Source: Vicugna vicugna (taxonomy: Eukaryota). From it: a stretch of DNA of 64,000 nt. Of the stretch, positions 24,638-37,289 are shown piece by piece (the stretch's first letter is position 1; the number at the start of each line of letters is the position of its first letter). A program made the position numbers and the translations under genes. The notes beneath the pieces were generated by a model that saw only the letters and a program-made list of their open reading frames with translations, did no database searches and was not told the DNA's origin. The stretch lies in the NCBI GenBank assembly GCA_013265495.1, contig MU058636.1, forward strand, positions 3,583,967 through 3,647,966, written 5' to 3'.

Positions 24638-27600
24638 GGAAGGGGAGATCTTTGAGGTGGCTGCCCTCCTTCCTGTAATCTCCCTCAGCCTCCAAAGCAG
24701 TGAAATAAATGCAAATGTTTAAAAAGGGAAGATATTCTTACAGGGTGTAGGTGGGGTATCTGGAGTGGCTGCTGAGCTTCTAGACAAAAATCCTGGAGAA
24801 CGTAAAGCTGGCTGTGAGCTGGAGGCAGAGGCAACAGGGTGGTTGTGTTCAGAGTGAGGGGTCCCCACAGGGATGCATGTGGGTACTGAAACTCTCTGTC
24901 AACCCTCTTTGAAGATGTATGAGTCTATTCTCCAACTTTTCTATTTGGCGTCCTCACAGGAGACCTCAGAGGTGAGAACTGCAGGCTTTCTGCTCAGTTT
25001 CCACCTCCTCCAGGAACCCCTACCTGTCTGTGGAACTCATCTCGGCTCCTGACTGGGCTTGCCGGTATTTTTAACTCTATCTTTCTAGTACCTTTATAGA
25101 ACACCTTGAGCCTGGATTTCAGTTATGTGGACCTCTGCTTCCTTCCTTCCTTCTCTGGGTCGGCTATCCTCCAAGGCCAGTAGGTCCCAGTCCCCTTCAT
25201 ACCCGTATGTCGCCTACCTGTGTCAGTGCACAAAACATTTGATGCTTTGGAGTCTGAAACCAGCTGTTAATGCAGGCCTGTTTGCGATGAGCTCTCTGAG
25301 TTCCAAAGGGTGGAAAGAAAAGGAATTTGAGTGCTGGAAATGGAAGGTTATTCTAAGAATGGGTGTGGCAGGAAAGACAAATATAGCTGGTAGAGTGGAG
25401 AGTGAGTGGGAGGAAAGAAAGTGGAAGTGGAGAAGAAGGGGCAGAGAGTGAGGGTGTGAGCTGAGGAAGGGGAAGGGGAAGGAAGCTGGGACTCAGCGCC
25501 CAGGGCCAGTGCCCGCGCAGGAGCTTGCCCGCTGGGGCAGCAGGAAACCGCAGCCTCAGACCTTCCTGTCTTTTTTCTGTCTTCTGATGCTGCATCATTG
25601 ACAAAGATCTCTTGCTTAATTTCCACCAATACATATGGCAAAAAGAGGTTATGGCCCTTGCGTGCCGTCCTACTAAGATGCAAATAAGTGTATCCATTGA
25701 AACTGTTTTTATTTCTTGAAAGTTATTTGTGGAATTAAAAATTCCCATGATCGTTTTGGCTCAAACATCGTGCCTGGGGCTTGGGGATAAAGTGTGCAAT
25801 TTGATGCAAAATATGAGGGCCCATGTCTCGTTACCCAGCCAAACATACACATGGAGACTGAGATTTTTTATCATTACATCTTCTCCTACCCTGTGTTTCT
25901 GCCTTCACATCCTTTAAATTTGCTGGTGTTTGGCAACCGCAGCCCGGATCTGGTTTCCCAGGAGGGCTTTTATAGGAGTGAACTGCCGATCGGCTCTTGG
26001 CTCTGTGATAGGGCACTGGGCTGGCTTACTGGAACAGTGTTGCTGTAACCTCTGGGCCAGAAGTGCCCGGGGCATGAACTGCTACCACCTACTCTTCCCT
26101 TAGCTTGAGTCCCATCTGGAAAGCTGAAGATTTTCTTTGACATTTTACAAAGTCACTGATCCTCATTTGTCGAAATGTGTCCTGAGGAAGTTTTCTTGAA
26201 AGTGAAAGGAGTCCATAAGCACTCTGTACACAGCCTCCTGCCCCTCCTCCACTCCGCTTCCTCTGCCTAACTGGTAAGGTGGTTGTGAGCATCCATCCAA
26301 CAATATCTGTGAAGTGCTCAGAACAGTGTCTGGCACATAAGTGCTCAGAAAATACTAACTCTTATTATTACCAACAATCTGACATATATTCCTTGAGCAG
26401 GGTACCGGTACATGGTGTTCATTTTATTAAGCTTTAAACTGCGTATATCTTATAAATCCTTTTTATGTGTATAATATATTTTGCATACATTAAAATACTC
26501 GCATTAAAAATAAATGAGCATTTATGAGGTTTGCTTTCGCAGTCGTACGTCCTGGGGTTCTGGGACAGCAATGAAGGAAATATTCCCCCTGATTACTAGA
26601 CCCATGTTCCAAACCACAGGACTGCCCAGGTGTTCTTATTCGTGGATGAAACAAATACAGTAATGATAATAGTAAAAATACAGTAAAGAATCGTACGACT
26701 CCCTGAGAATTACTATCTAAGCATGTTTTTATTTTTTCCCTTCTTCTTAGAAGCATGTTTTTATTCTTTTCCCGTATTCTAGACTCCTTGGCGTCACTAT
26801 GTTGAATCACTAGCGCAGGCCTGTGCCCTCCGGGCTGGCCGCCGCGGTCCAGAGCGGGACGGCCAGCACTGGGCAGTCCGAGGTGAGGACCGGGCCGATT
26901 CCGCGCTGCCAACACGTTTCACCTCGAGAACTTCAGTGCATCCCTTTTCTTGTTTCCTTTCTTGGTTCTCAGTTCCCTGCGTAGAGAGAGATTGACAAGG
27001 ATGTTTTGTTCTGGGACTCGGGTTAGTGTTCAGATGTTGCTGGACAAAAAAGGATTCAGCTTTTTGTCTCTGATGTAATTCGTGGTGGCTCCTGGGCTCT
27101 CAGCAGCTCCTGTGGCAGAAGCGAGGGCCCTGCCCCTCGCGCTGGCGGAGGGCCGTCTCCTGCATCACTGTCGGAACCTGCCGCTGCTGGGGTCCTGGCT
27201 GCGTTATAGTCATTTGTGTACTTGCTTGTCTCCTCCACTGGGTTATGAAGGTCTTGAAAGGAGAAACCATCTCGTTTATCTTTGAATCCCCACAGTGACT
27301 TCCTCCGTGTTTGCTGAGTGTCTGGGTGAGTAGGTGACTGAATGAGTGAGTGAGTGAATGAATGAATAGGAACCATCACAAAAGAGCTGAGAAGAAAGTG
27401 GAAAGATTGGGCCATAAAACCTTTATAAAATCTTACTTTAAAATACTTTCAGGAATATTCGAATGCAATGAGTTGACAAAATAGAGACTTCTAAATGTAG
27501 TGTCATTTGTCCAGTCATTTCTGAGAATTTATCAGTGTTTTGCTAAGCTGAAAACTCCACCAAAGCAAGAACCATGTCTGTCCCCAGCAGCCAGCACATG

Positions 27601-28017
27601 GTATGATGCTAAATGAAGTAGCCTCTTCTCAACCAGTAACCTGGACAGGAAGAAAGGCACATTCAATTCAATTTAATACATTTCTATAGAGCATCTTCTT
27701 CCAGTACTTTGCCGAGGATTGGGTGAAAATGTGAAAGTCACAGTTTCTCTCTTTTAGGAGTTTTCAGTCTTTTGGAAGTAGAGCCATTTGCACCCAGCTA
27801 TAATACAAGGCAGAGTGTGGTAAGTCCAGTAACAAGTAAAAGTGCTCAGTGAACGAGGAGTTTATTAAAGGCTATGGGATCTGGGGGTGTCTTCATGGAA
27901 AAGTGAGCTCTGGCAGGAGAGAGAAGACTTTGGCAGCTAGAAGTGGGAGGAGGATCATTTTGAGTGGCCACCTGCAGGGTGCCCAGGATGGGAGGGGGAA
28001 GGTCAAGATGGAAAATC

Positions 28018-28536
28018 TGGTAGCCAGCCTCCCAGCTGGTGCCCAGTGAGCCTCGCCTCCTGGTAGTCATGCTTTTTCGTAGTCCACCCAACATCGTATC
28101 AAAGTTGGTCTGTGCGACCGATTAAACATGACAGGAAAGTGATGTTGTGCAGCTTCTAAGACTAGGTCACAAAAGATGTTGCCACTTCTCTCATGGGGTT
28201 TTGGATTGCCTGCCCTGTCATGAGACACAGAAGCAACCTAGGGAGAGACCCCCATGGGGAAGGAACTGAGGTCTCCTGCCAATAGCCAGCACCGACTTGC
28301 TATCTGCGTGCGCGAGCCATCTTTAGGGTGGGTCTTCCGGCCCTAGGTCAAGCTTTCAGGTGACTCCAGCCCCCGCTGACATCCTGACTGAAAACTCTGA
28401 GAGACCCCCAGCCAGAACTGTCCTGCTAGGACATTCCTGAATTTCTGACCCACAGAGAGTGACAGACGGTAAATGTTTTCTTTGTTGCTTTAAGCCACTA
28501 AATTTGGAGGTAATTTGTTATGCGACAATAGATACA
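28018..28536 (+). mobile_element. MaLR solo LTR (MLT1F-like)
   Basis: agccagcctccc...gcctcgcctcctggta...aggaactgaggtctcctgccaatagccagcacc...ctgacccacagaga...ttaagccactaaatttggaggtaatttgttatgc...ataca. Confidence 0.75.
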
Positions 28537-28618
28537 GAAATGAAGGCTGGGGGAACCGTTTGGGGAAAGCCTTGATTTTCATGGAGTTGCAACTGTGTTG
28601 TACACAGTGGGCGCCATG

Positions 28619-28778
28619 TTTTTTGTTTTTTGTTTGTGTGTTTGTTTGTTTTATTTTATTTTTTGAGGTGAGGAGGTAATTAGGTTTATTTATTATTTTT
28701 CATGGAGGTACTGGGAATTGAACCCAGGACCTTGTACAGGCTAAGTATGCACTCTCCCACTGAGCTATACCCTCCTTC
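28619..28778 (-). mobile_element. tRNA-derived SINE, camelid Vic-1-like
   Basis: ggaggtaattaggtttattt...ggaggtactgggaattgaacccaggacc...cactgagctataccctcc; same family as 5683-5810. Confidence 0.85.
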
Positions 28779-30437
28779 TTGTTTTATATTTTTGTTTGTT
28801 TGTTTAAAACAAAGAATGATAATTCTGATGCTGTGTATAATGTGAGTTGTCAAAAGGAGTGACGAGGCAGGAAGATAATTTCAGAGGTCACTGCGATGGT
28901 CCCGACAAGAGGTAATGAGAGAGTCTGGACGGAGACACCGTTGAGGGGATGGAAAGAGACACCTCCGAGGTGGACCCATGAGGCACTCGATGTGAGCAGG
29001 GAAGGGTGACTCCTTGGTTTAGAGCCTAGGGACATGGCAGGGCCAAGATCTCATTTATGCCAAGAGGAAACAGTTTAGATGGCCAGCTCCGGGGTTGATG
29101 GGGGGAGCTCCCTGTGTTCAGAGCCCTGCGGAGGGCTGGGCACCAGGCTCATTCCGAGACCGGGCTGGTTGAGGCATCATCCCCTGAAGGATGGGGCCAT
29201 TCTATCCCAGAGCACTTCTTCCTCCCTGCCAAGTGTTCCCTGCTGACAGAGGCTGCCATCAATATTTTTAGCATGTGACCTTTCCCAGCATGAAGAGCAA
29301 TGTCCTCTGCCCGGAACTTGTTCTCCAGCGGTCAGCCAGTGACCCTCAGAGGCGGGAACCGCAGAGGCCTGGCCAGCGAGAGTCTGTTGCAGGGCCACTG
29401 TGAGGGCAGAGGAATTCAGACCCGAGTTTTGCAGGAAGTCTCTGTCTCACTGCCTTCTATTGTGCTGCTGAGGCCTGTGAACTTCAGTGCAAATCAGAGG
29501 CTGAGAAATAAAAAGCCCTGTTCACAAGTCCCAAGTGAAAGAGAGCGTCTCATGTAAATTGCCTTCTATGACAGTGGCATCAAGCCTGGAGGTAATACTT
29601 GGCCAGATTATGTTAGGAAACCACCAGGACATAAACGCTGCTTTTGTAGATCCTAGAACAGGCCTGAGCAAAACCCCAGGGGATCCATAACGCTCTTTCT
29701 TGCACCAAATACAGTCTGATATGGGGCAAAGCAAGGAAGCACTGAGGGAAACTTGAGAAAGAGTGAAGAGTGTCTCAAACGGGGTCCGAACCCCTGCCCA
29801 AGGCTGGGTGGGAGGATGCACCTGGCTGTAGGCCCAGAGTTGTGAGAGGTCTCTGCAAGGGATCTGTGTTAAAACCGTGTGTTTTCATGTTTATGATCAT
29901 CTAAACAGATGGAGATAACCCTGTTCTGTGCTATCTGATGACTCCCGCAGACAGGAGTATTACCTTGCCTCCTCAGGACTCATATTCATAAATGGGTTTA
30001 TAATCATTTTGATGCCAAGTGGGTGTTTTAAAAGAGGTTGCAGACGAATGGAAAAGACGAGAGATGGATTTCATACATAATGTAGCATTTGTGCCAAGTG
30101 AAGGACAAGGGACATTTCAGTGCCCTACGTGAACAAGACAGAGCAGCAGCTCGAAACAAGAAGCCAGGCAGCTGCCCGACGGGCAGGACCACCTCCATGG
30201 GTTGAGGGAATGAGGGTTCAGCAAAATAATCTCATCTGTCACTCTGAACTAATGTGGTTCCCGGAATTTTAGGGTTTTGAAGCTTCTTGCATTTAATTTG
30301 CAGCGGGTCAAATGGCAGAAGCAGCAGGTGAAATGAACTTGGAGGGCAGTCCCGGCAGGGTGCCGAGCCATGCAGCCCAGTTCTTCTCCCCAGCTTTCCA
30401 GTCAATATGCCAAGTCTTCTTCCAAAGGGAGAATGCA

Positions 30438-30560
30438 GGGGGAGGGTGTAGCTCAGTGGTGGAGAGCATGCCTAGCATGCATAAGGTCCTGGGTTCAACC
30501 CCTAGTCCCTCTGTTTAAAAAATAATGAATAAACCTGAGTTACCCCCCCCATAAAAGATG

Positions 30561-30564
<4 letters not shown>
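30438..30564 (+). mobile_element. tRNA-derived SINE, camelid Vic-1-like
   Basis: GGGGGAGGGTGTAGCTCAGTGGTGGAGAGCATGCCTAGCATGCATAAGGTCCTGGGTTCAACCCCTAGT...AATAAACCTGAGTTACCCCCCCC. Confidence 0.88.

Positions 30565-30632
<68 letters not shown>
30565..30632. repeat. (AC)34 microsatellite at the SINE tail
   Basis: Uninterrupted 68-bp AC run. Confidence 0.97.
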
Positions 30633-30634
<2 letters not shown>

Positions 30635-30775
30635 ACATGCAGGAGAAAGCAGGAAAAAGATGCCAGAAGTCAGAGGTCTCCGGTGCATTTCTGCTGGAGA
30701 GTGCAGGTTTCTTTCCTCTGAAGGGAACCTAAGATAAGAATGACTCCTTATCCAGAGCCATCAGTTTGCCCCCTA

Positions 30776-30859
30776 GAAACATCACGATCACTGTCGTTGC
30801 TGAGCTAGAGTCTGGTGAAACATCACGATCACTGTCGTTGCTGAGCTAGAGTCTGGTGA
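30776..30859. repeat. Perfect 41-bp tandem duplication
   Basis: GAAACATCACGATCACTGTCGTTGCTGAGCTAGAGTCTGGT occurs twice (30776-30816 and 30817-30857), followed by GA. Confidence 0.97.
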
Positions 30860-31640
30860 GCACAATTTCATTTACTTTCTAAAGCTAAGCTTTCCTGGGA
30901 GATGTGTGAGTCCCCCAAAAGAAGGAGAAGGAAGGACCACTGTTTTCAGGAATATAATTATCAGAATCACCACCACCACCGTCCTCATCCTCAGAGCGTT
31001 TACCTGGCGTCTGCTGCAGTGGGTGCTAGTAATGCGATGTGTTGTTGTTATTCAGTGGGAACTGCGTGCGTTGGGTTCAGAACACGGGATCTTATTGCTA
31101 ATACTGTGAAAGAGCCACCAGGCTGTAGGGGTGTGTAGGAGACCAATTCAGGGGAGTGACACAGAGGTTGGGAAAGAGGAAGTGTCCACAGGGGACCCTG
31201 TCCTGCAGATCTGACCCTCTGGGGCTTCCTACAGGAAGTGAGTAAGCGACACAGGATTGCAGCTTCTGGCCTCTCATATTACATTGCCCCAACCCCAAAG
31301 TTAGAAAACTGTACCTTCCCCCATCCTTGTCTGGGGTGTGTTTGATCTGGGGAAAGCTGGTGAGGCAAGAGGCACCCAGAAAAGGGACAGAAATCACTTC
31401 TCATCACCAGGGAAAGAAGTGTCACAGCTCTGGCAGAGGAGGGGCATTGCCTCTGCTGTGCGAAGCTCTGTAGTTCTGGGTTCCTCCACCCCCGTCTCTG
31501 CCCCTCCATCCCCTCCCTTCCCAGATCCCTGTGAAAAGGGGGAGTCCTGACATATCTGGAAGACCCTGCAAAAACTACATAGAACTCACTCCACTGTGAA
31601 CCCGGCGTTGTACAACTCCGGGAAGTCAGCAGAAACAAAA

Positions 31641-31755
31641 ATGCTAGTTTTTAACTGTAACTCTCATGGTGTACATGGGAGAGTTGGAAACCTCTGAATC
31701 TGGAAAATCTTTAGGCTCTTGGGGGAGTGTTGGGAACATGTAAACCATTGGCTGT
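31641..31755 (+). pseudogene. Non-coding (frameshifted) counterpart of the upstream alternative coding exon of human ALOX5AP
   Basis: ATG CTA GTT TTT AAC (MLVFN) at 31641 and, in a shifted frame from 31684, LETSESGKSLGSWGSVGNM*. These resemble my recollection of the human long-isoform N-terminus MLTFN...LKTSEFGKSFGTLGHIGNI. Confidence 0.65.
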
Positions 31756-31776
31756 CTCTGAGAGGCGGGCATAGGG

Positions 31777-31802
31777 GTGTGTGTGTGTGTGTGTGTGTGT
31801 GT
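31777..31802. repeat. (GT)13 microsatellite
   Basis: Directly visible. Confidence 0.95.
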
Positions 31803-34800
31803 CTTGGGGGCATCCTCTACATGTCCCCTACAAATCTGTCTGGGCCCTCCAACCTCATGCAATGGTTTAAGACCTGACACTCCCAGAAACAGTGTTGGGC
31901 AGTCACATTGATTCCGAGATCTCCATCCAGCTCCGTCTACTCTGAATCAAATTTCTTCTAAAGTTTGGTTCCATAAATCTGAATCATGGGGTCACACTGG
32001 GATTCGAGAGATTCTTATCTGCCTTGCATTAAATAACTGTGATTCCCCTGAGAGGTGCCCCGTGGAGGTAACTCCCAGCCATGGCTCTTTATAAATGGAT
32101 GCTGAATAAGCATTAGGGTAAGTGATGGATGTATTAACCTTAAAAGAAAAGACCTGAGCTGAGTGTTCAGAGATTCACAAAGAGCTTAGAACATCTCTCT
32201 GTCCCTGTGGAGGGAGGAGCTGGGTGACCCTTTCTACTCTCTCCCAAGGACGACACCTGGGTGTAGGAAGGCTGTATTCACTCCTCACAGGAGGCCGCCC
32301 AGGTCCAAGGTCGAAGAGGGTAGGGCAACGAGGGGGAGACTTGAGGAGTAAGCATGGGTGTCAGCACAGATCAGTGGGGCGACTCAGCCTGAGTGGTCCA
32401 TTTCCGGAGGTTTCATTCATTCTTTCCTGCCCTCCCCGGGTCCCTGGCTCCTCCTGAGAGAGGCAGTGGGCTGGCGAGGGGCCTGGCAGGAGGACTCCTG
32501 AGGGCTGCCAGCTGCCCTGGGCTGAAGGAGCTCCCGGGACCCAGCAGCTGATTGGCAGCCTGTGGATGGCTCTCACAGATGCTTCGGAGGCAAGCATCCT
32601 CGACTGGAAAACATCCGTAAGAGGTTCTGCTGGGGGCTTTTGTGGCCTCTGAGAAGGCAGCTTGCCATCAGGCCCTGGGCACTTGGCAGAATGTCTCCAC
32701 GTAGCTTACAGGCTCTGATTCCTGTTGGGAAATTCAGGGCTTGCCAAAGTGTTCATCTCACTATGTGAGCAAGGCCATTCCTGACACCATCATTACTTAC
32801 ACGGTCTTGCGCTGGGCTCCGCTCTGGAACTCGCATCAAGGTTGTGAGACTGTCCTTTGGCTGGGGAGGGGACAATTCTTGGTCAGATCATTTCTGGATT
32901 GGCTATGGCGCCCTGGCGGTCGCAGGGCTGCCCTCTTCCCCAGCTTTGCCACCCTGACCTTGCTCCCTCACCAGGTTGACATGTGCCAGGGACCAGTGGC
33001 CTGAGGCCCCTGGGCCTCCAGCAAACAAGTATGTCACTGACTTTGGAGTCTCTAGGTCTAGCTTTGAGTACCATGTTTTTACTTGCTGTGTGTTCACAGC
33101 CAAGTTACCGGGACTCTCTGAGCTTCAATTCCTCATCTGTAGAAAGGGTGACAACAGTAGGCTTTTGTCCTTGTTAAATGAGGCATTGGATGCGAAGCAC
33201 TCACTACAGTGCCTGGTGCACGTGCTGCACTTGATGTATGTTAGCTTTTACTGTGAGGAGCATTCTGTGACTCTGTGTGTACAGCTGTGCCACGTGACAC
33301 TGGCCAGAGTGAAGGAGGGGCCTTCTCGTGCATGGGGACAGAGAGTATCTCCACGCTCTTTACTTGCTCCTAGCCTGGATGCCTCCCTGTCAGTACACGC
33401 AGGGGAAAAGGCAGCAGCAACCTGCAAGGCCTATCCATGGATCGGGGAGGCAGGGATTTTACCAAGGGGGTTGGGGGTGGCCTGGGTACCATGCTGCCCT
33501 GCCCCAGTGGCTGCTCCTGGCTTCAGCCCCTGTAGGAGCCGTCCTCATGATGGGACAGGCCCATCCATCACCATGGGGTTTGAGACCAGAACATTTTGAA
33601 AAGCTCCCCATGGAGTTTCCTTCTGTAACACACTGGCATCCCTTTCCACTCTTGGGCTTCTCAGAAACTTACGATCAGGCACGTGGCCTTTGACTTCTAG
33701 GGTGATTCCTTCTTGGCCACCAACTCCAGCATTCAAAGTGATAAGAAAAAAAATATGGTCATAGTTAAACAGGAAGGTCAGCTTTTAACGGCCCAATGGT
33801 CACCGTGGTGCTGAGTTTAGGGCAACATCTGTCAACTCGTGACATCAAGTCTTGCTCCCCATCAGAGCTGAGCTGCTGCCAGAGGTCTGAGTCACTGGGC
33901 GTGTGGCATGGGGGTGATGGGAGCTACCAGCCTGGAGGAAGCAATCCCCGGGGCCCAGGGCAACCCCGTGTGGATACGTGCTCCCTTGGCAGTCCCGCAG
34001 GGTCTGGGCTTGATACCACAGAGATGAAGTGCTCAGGGCAATATCTGACACACATAGAAAGCATCCAATAAATGTTAGTAGGTATTGTTATTATGATGAT
34101 GATTCTCTAGAATCAAACAAAACTAGTCTAGGATTTCGGCTTCACCACGTGTGAAGGCTCTCAGCCCTTAGTGTTCCCATCTGTAAAATGGGACAACGGT
34201 ACCTCTTCAAGATTAAATAGAGTAATGTGCTCAGGTTGCTTGCACTTAGTTGTGCTCAACAAATGTTCCCATATCCTCACCTTCATTCCTCCTTATTCTC
34301 TCCCTGTAGATGTAGACTTCAGAGAACGAAGCTTGTTATAATCCTGCATAAAATGACCAGACTCTTTAGGGTGTTTCGAAGAGTCAAACAGCATTTAGTG
34401 AACATTCTCTGTTAAACCTGCCTGGATCACTCAGGGTTGTCTTCGCTGTCAGAGGTCACTGCTGTGTCATGAGTCATAGCAGGGTTAATGGACACGTGCC
34501 GGGTGAGTGAGGAGTGACTGTTTCGGATGTTCTGTTGATAAACTTGTGTCACTTCTAACTTATGCGTGTGATTCAAACACAGCCTGAGAACTAGGGCTGT
34601 GCCTCACATGCTTTGTTTTTCTTCATTTCAAGGGTGCTTTTGAAATAGGCATTTGCATTTGGAAAGTGCGATGGGTAGTTTTTCTAACTTCATAATATTA
34701 CAGAGAAAATCAGATGCTACGGATTACTGAAAGCCTCTGGCCACCTAAGACGCTCTCTGAGTGGTTTTCAACACCCTTCATGTACAATGTAAATGGCATT

Positions 34801-36469
34801 ATCTCTCAGGATATGTGAGAACATCGGGTTTTTTTCTAATTCAGTAAACACATAAGTGTCTCGTGGGATGTCTTTTAAACAGACTTAACACAATATTCAG
34901 GAATGATAAGCAAAATAGAATCACAGGAATGTATTTCATATTAATAACATTGGAACCTTATGTTTAATGCAGTGTTAAAAGTTGACAATTAAACATGTAG
35001 GAGTCAGGAAATTCAATTAAAATTATCACAGTAATATGAATTTAGCCACATCCTGTATTAGTTATGAAATCCATTTAACACTGCAAACAGTAGTGTTTTC
35101 ATCTAGTTTATTCAAAAGGAAAACAGGAACAAAAACACTTTAGTACTACATATACTCTGCTAATGTGGTCAGGCTGATTTTGCCGGAGGAAGAAACTTAA
35201 CTTTTGAATCTTTGAAGCCCCAGTCATTTAATCCAACATCTGTTTCCTTGCTTGTTGCATAATATCTGTCAATAAAGGTAGAACAACAAACAAAGGACTT
35301 TTCCTTCTCTTCTCCCCTCTGCTCCCTAAGAGAATTGGGTGTCTGCACCCTGAGGGAACCGTCCAGAGAGCACAGCCACCCTTCTGATTTCTCTCCCCTC
35401 CTCTCTGTGGGTGCAGATGCTCTTGGGGTGCAAGGGGGTTGTGATTCAGGGTGAATGCCGCACCTCTCATCTAGAGCTGGGAACCCCCTGTGGCCATGGA
35501 TTTGGGGGGAAATGAAACTTGTAATTCAGTTCTCCAGTCGTGACACAGGGTTCTTGGACTCTGCTGAGTCTACTCCGTGCACCTTCCTCCTGCTAGCCGA
35601 GCACTGCGCCCTCTGCTCCTTCTGCTAGCAGGAGCAGGAGGAGACGGGCTTTCGTTTTTAATACAGGTACATCTGCATCAAGTCTTATTTTGCTACATCT
35701 CATCAGTACTGCCGCGTGGATCACTGGGGGGCTATGGTGCTTAGCACAGTTCACTCAAGAATAGCCAGAGTCAACCAAGCCCTGGGAATTTCGGCTACAT
35801 GCCCGAATGACCCCTGGCGAAGTACTGTAAGAATGACAGTGAAAGGGTCTTGAAAGGAACTTCTCAGGGAATTGAGCCAACGCTCATCCAAAATGTTGTC
35901 AGAAATCTGAGGCTCATTCTCCTCTTCCTTATCCCCCAGCCCTCCCTAAAAATTGTAGTTGTTATTTAATAAATAGCCCTGAAATCCACCAGCTTCTGCC
36001 CAGTGCCACCACCACAGGAGTCTAAGCTGCCATCTTTTCTCTGTAGATCTCTGGAACAGATGCCCAAATCTCCACACTGGCTCCTCCAGTTTGTTCTCCA
36101 CACTGTGGCCAGCGTGATCTTCCAAAATGCAAATTCAGTTGCAAGACAATCCTCTTAAAATCCTTGAGTAGCTTCTCTTTGCCTCCAGGGTCATTTTGAA
36201 ACTTCTTGAAGGTACTCACAAGGTCCTTTGTGATGTCGTTGCCCAGACCTGCCCACACCACCTCTTCAATCTAGTTTCCAGTTAAATGAAAAACATTTCA
36301 GCTCTTCAATTGCATCGTGATCTTCCTTTTACTTGGGATCTTTAAACACATCATTTCCTCTTTCCTTATGTCTTTGCCAAGCTGATTTCTACTCATCCTT
36401 TACATTTCGTCTTAGATGCCACCTCCTCTGGGAAGATTTTCCTGATATCTTCCGTAAAAAAAAGACTAA

Positions 36470-36940
36470 AACTAGTTGCCTACCCAATATCCATTTCCCA
36501 TTCATCCCAGACTCTATTCAGGGTATTAATGTACCTGGCTGAAAGATTTTATTCCTAGTTTCTTCTGAATCTAGGAATGGCCATGTGACAGCATTCTGGG
36601 CAATGAAATAGAAGTTGAAGTTGAAGGGTATGACTGATTCCTCTTTTCCCTTCTTACTCTTTCTCCTTCCTGCTTCCCAAATGCAGAACAGATGACAGAA
36701 GCACCAGAAGTGATCTTGGACAGTCAAGTGACATTGGGATGGAAGCCACACTTATGACTGGAGCAGAAAGAGAGAAGGCACCTGGGTCCTTGATGACCTT
36801 GGAATCGCCACATCAGTCCTGGTTTGCTTACCACTGGAATTCCTTTACATGAGAGAAAAACGAACTTTAATGTGTCTAAGCCATTGCTGTTTTGGTTTTT
36901 CTGCTCATATGCAGATGAACTTAATCCTAACCAATATTAC
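36470..36940 (+). mobile_element. Old MaLR LTR (MLT1J-like)
   Basis: ggaatggccatgtgacagcattctgggcaatgaaatagaag...gagagaaaaacgaacttt...ctaagccattgctgttttggtttttctg. Confidence 0.6.
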
Positions 36941-37289
36941 CACTGACTGGTAATGAAACCAGTGGTATGTATGTTTGATAAGTATTTGTTGAATGAGTGG
37001 ATAAATGAGAGAAGATAGAGAACATATAACATTTCATACTCCTGCCCTCTGTCATCTGATCCTCTTTAGGACCTGGGTCTGTGGAGCTATACTTAACAAT
37101 ATGATTCCTTTAATAGATCAGTGGAAGACCCTGGACCACCCTTCTAACAGATTACTTGGGACTCTACTCATCACACATCTCTAAAAATAGTTGCTATCTT
37201 GAAGATTCTTTAAGATCATTTGTTTCATATCCAACAACTCATTGCTAAAGAGACACAAGAAGCAGAAAATGCAAAGAGACTAATGTGTT

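Noticed and set aside
30438..30515. SINE heads as additional tRNA genes
   Set aside because: They have A/B boxes but no intact acceptor stem, and they carry the SINE 3' segment, tails and TSDs.
30776..30859. 41-bp repeat as a CRISPR-like array
   Set aside because: Only two abutting copies with no spacers, in mammalian DNA with no cas-like genes.
32976..33599. 207-aa ORF
   Set aside because: Non-ATG start, its 5' part runs through a MIR (ctctgagcttcaattcctcatctgtagaa), and it has no recognisable domain.
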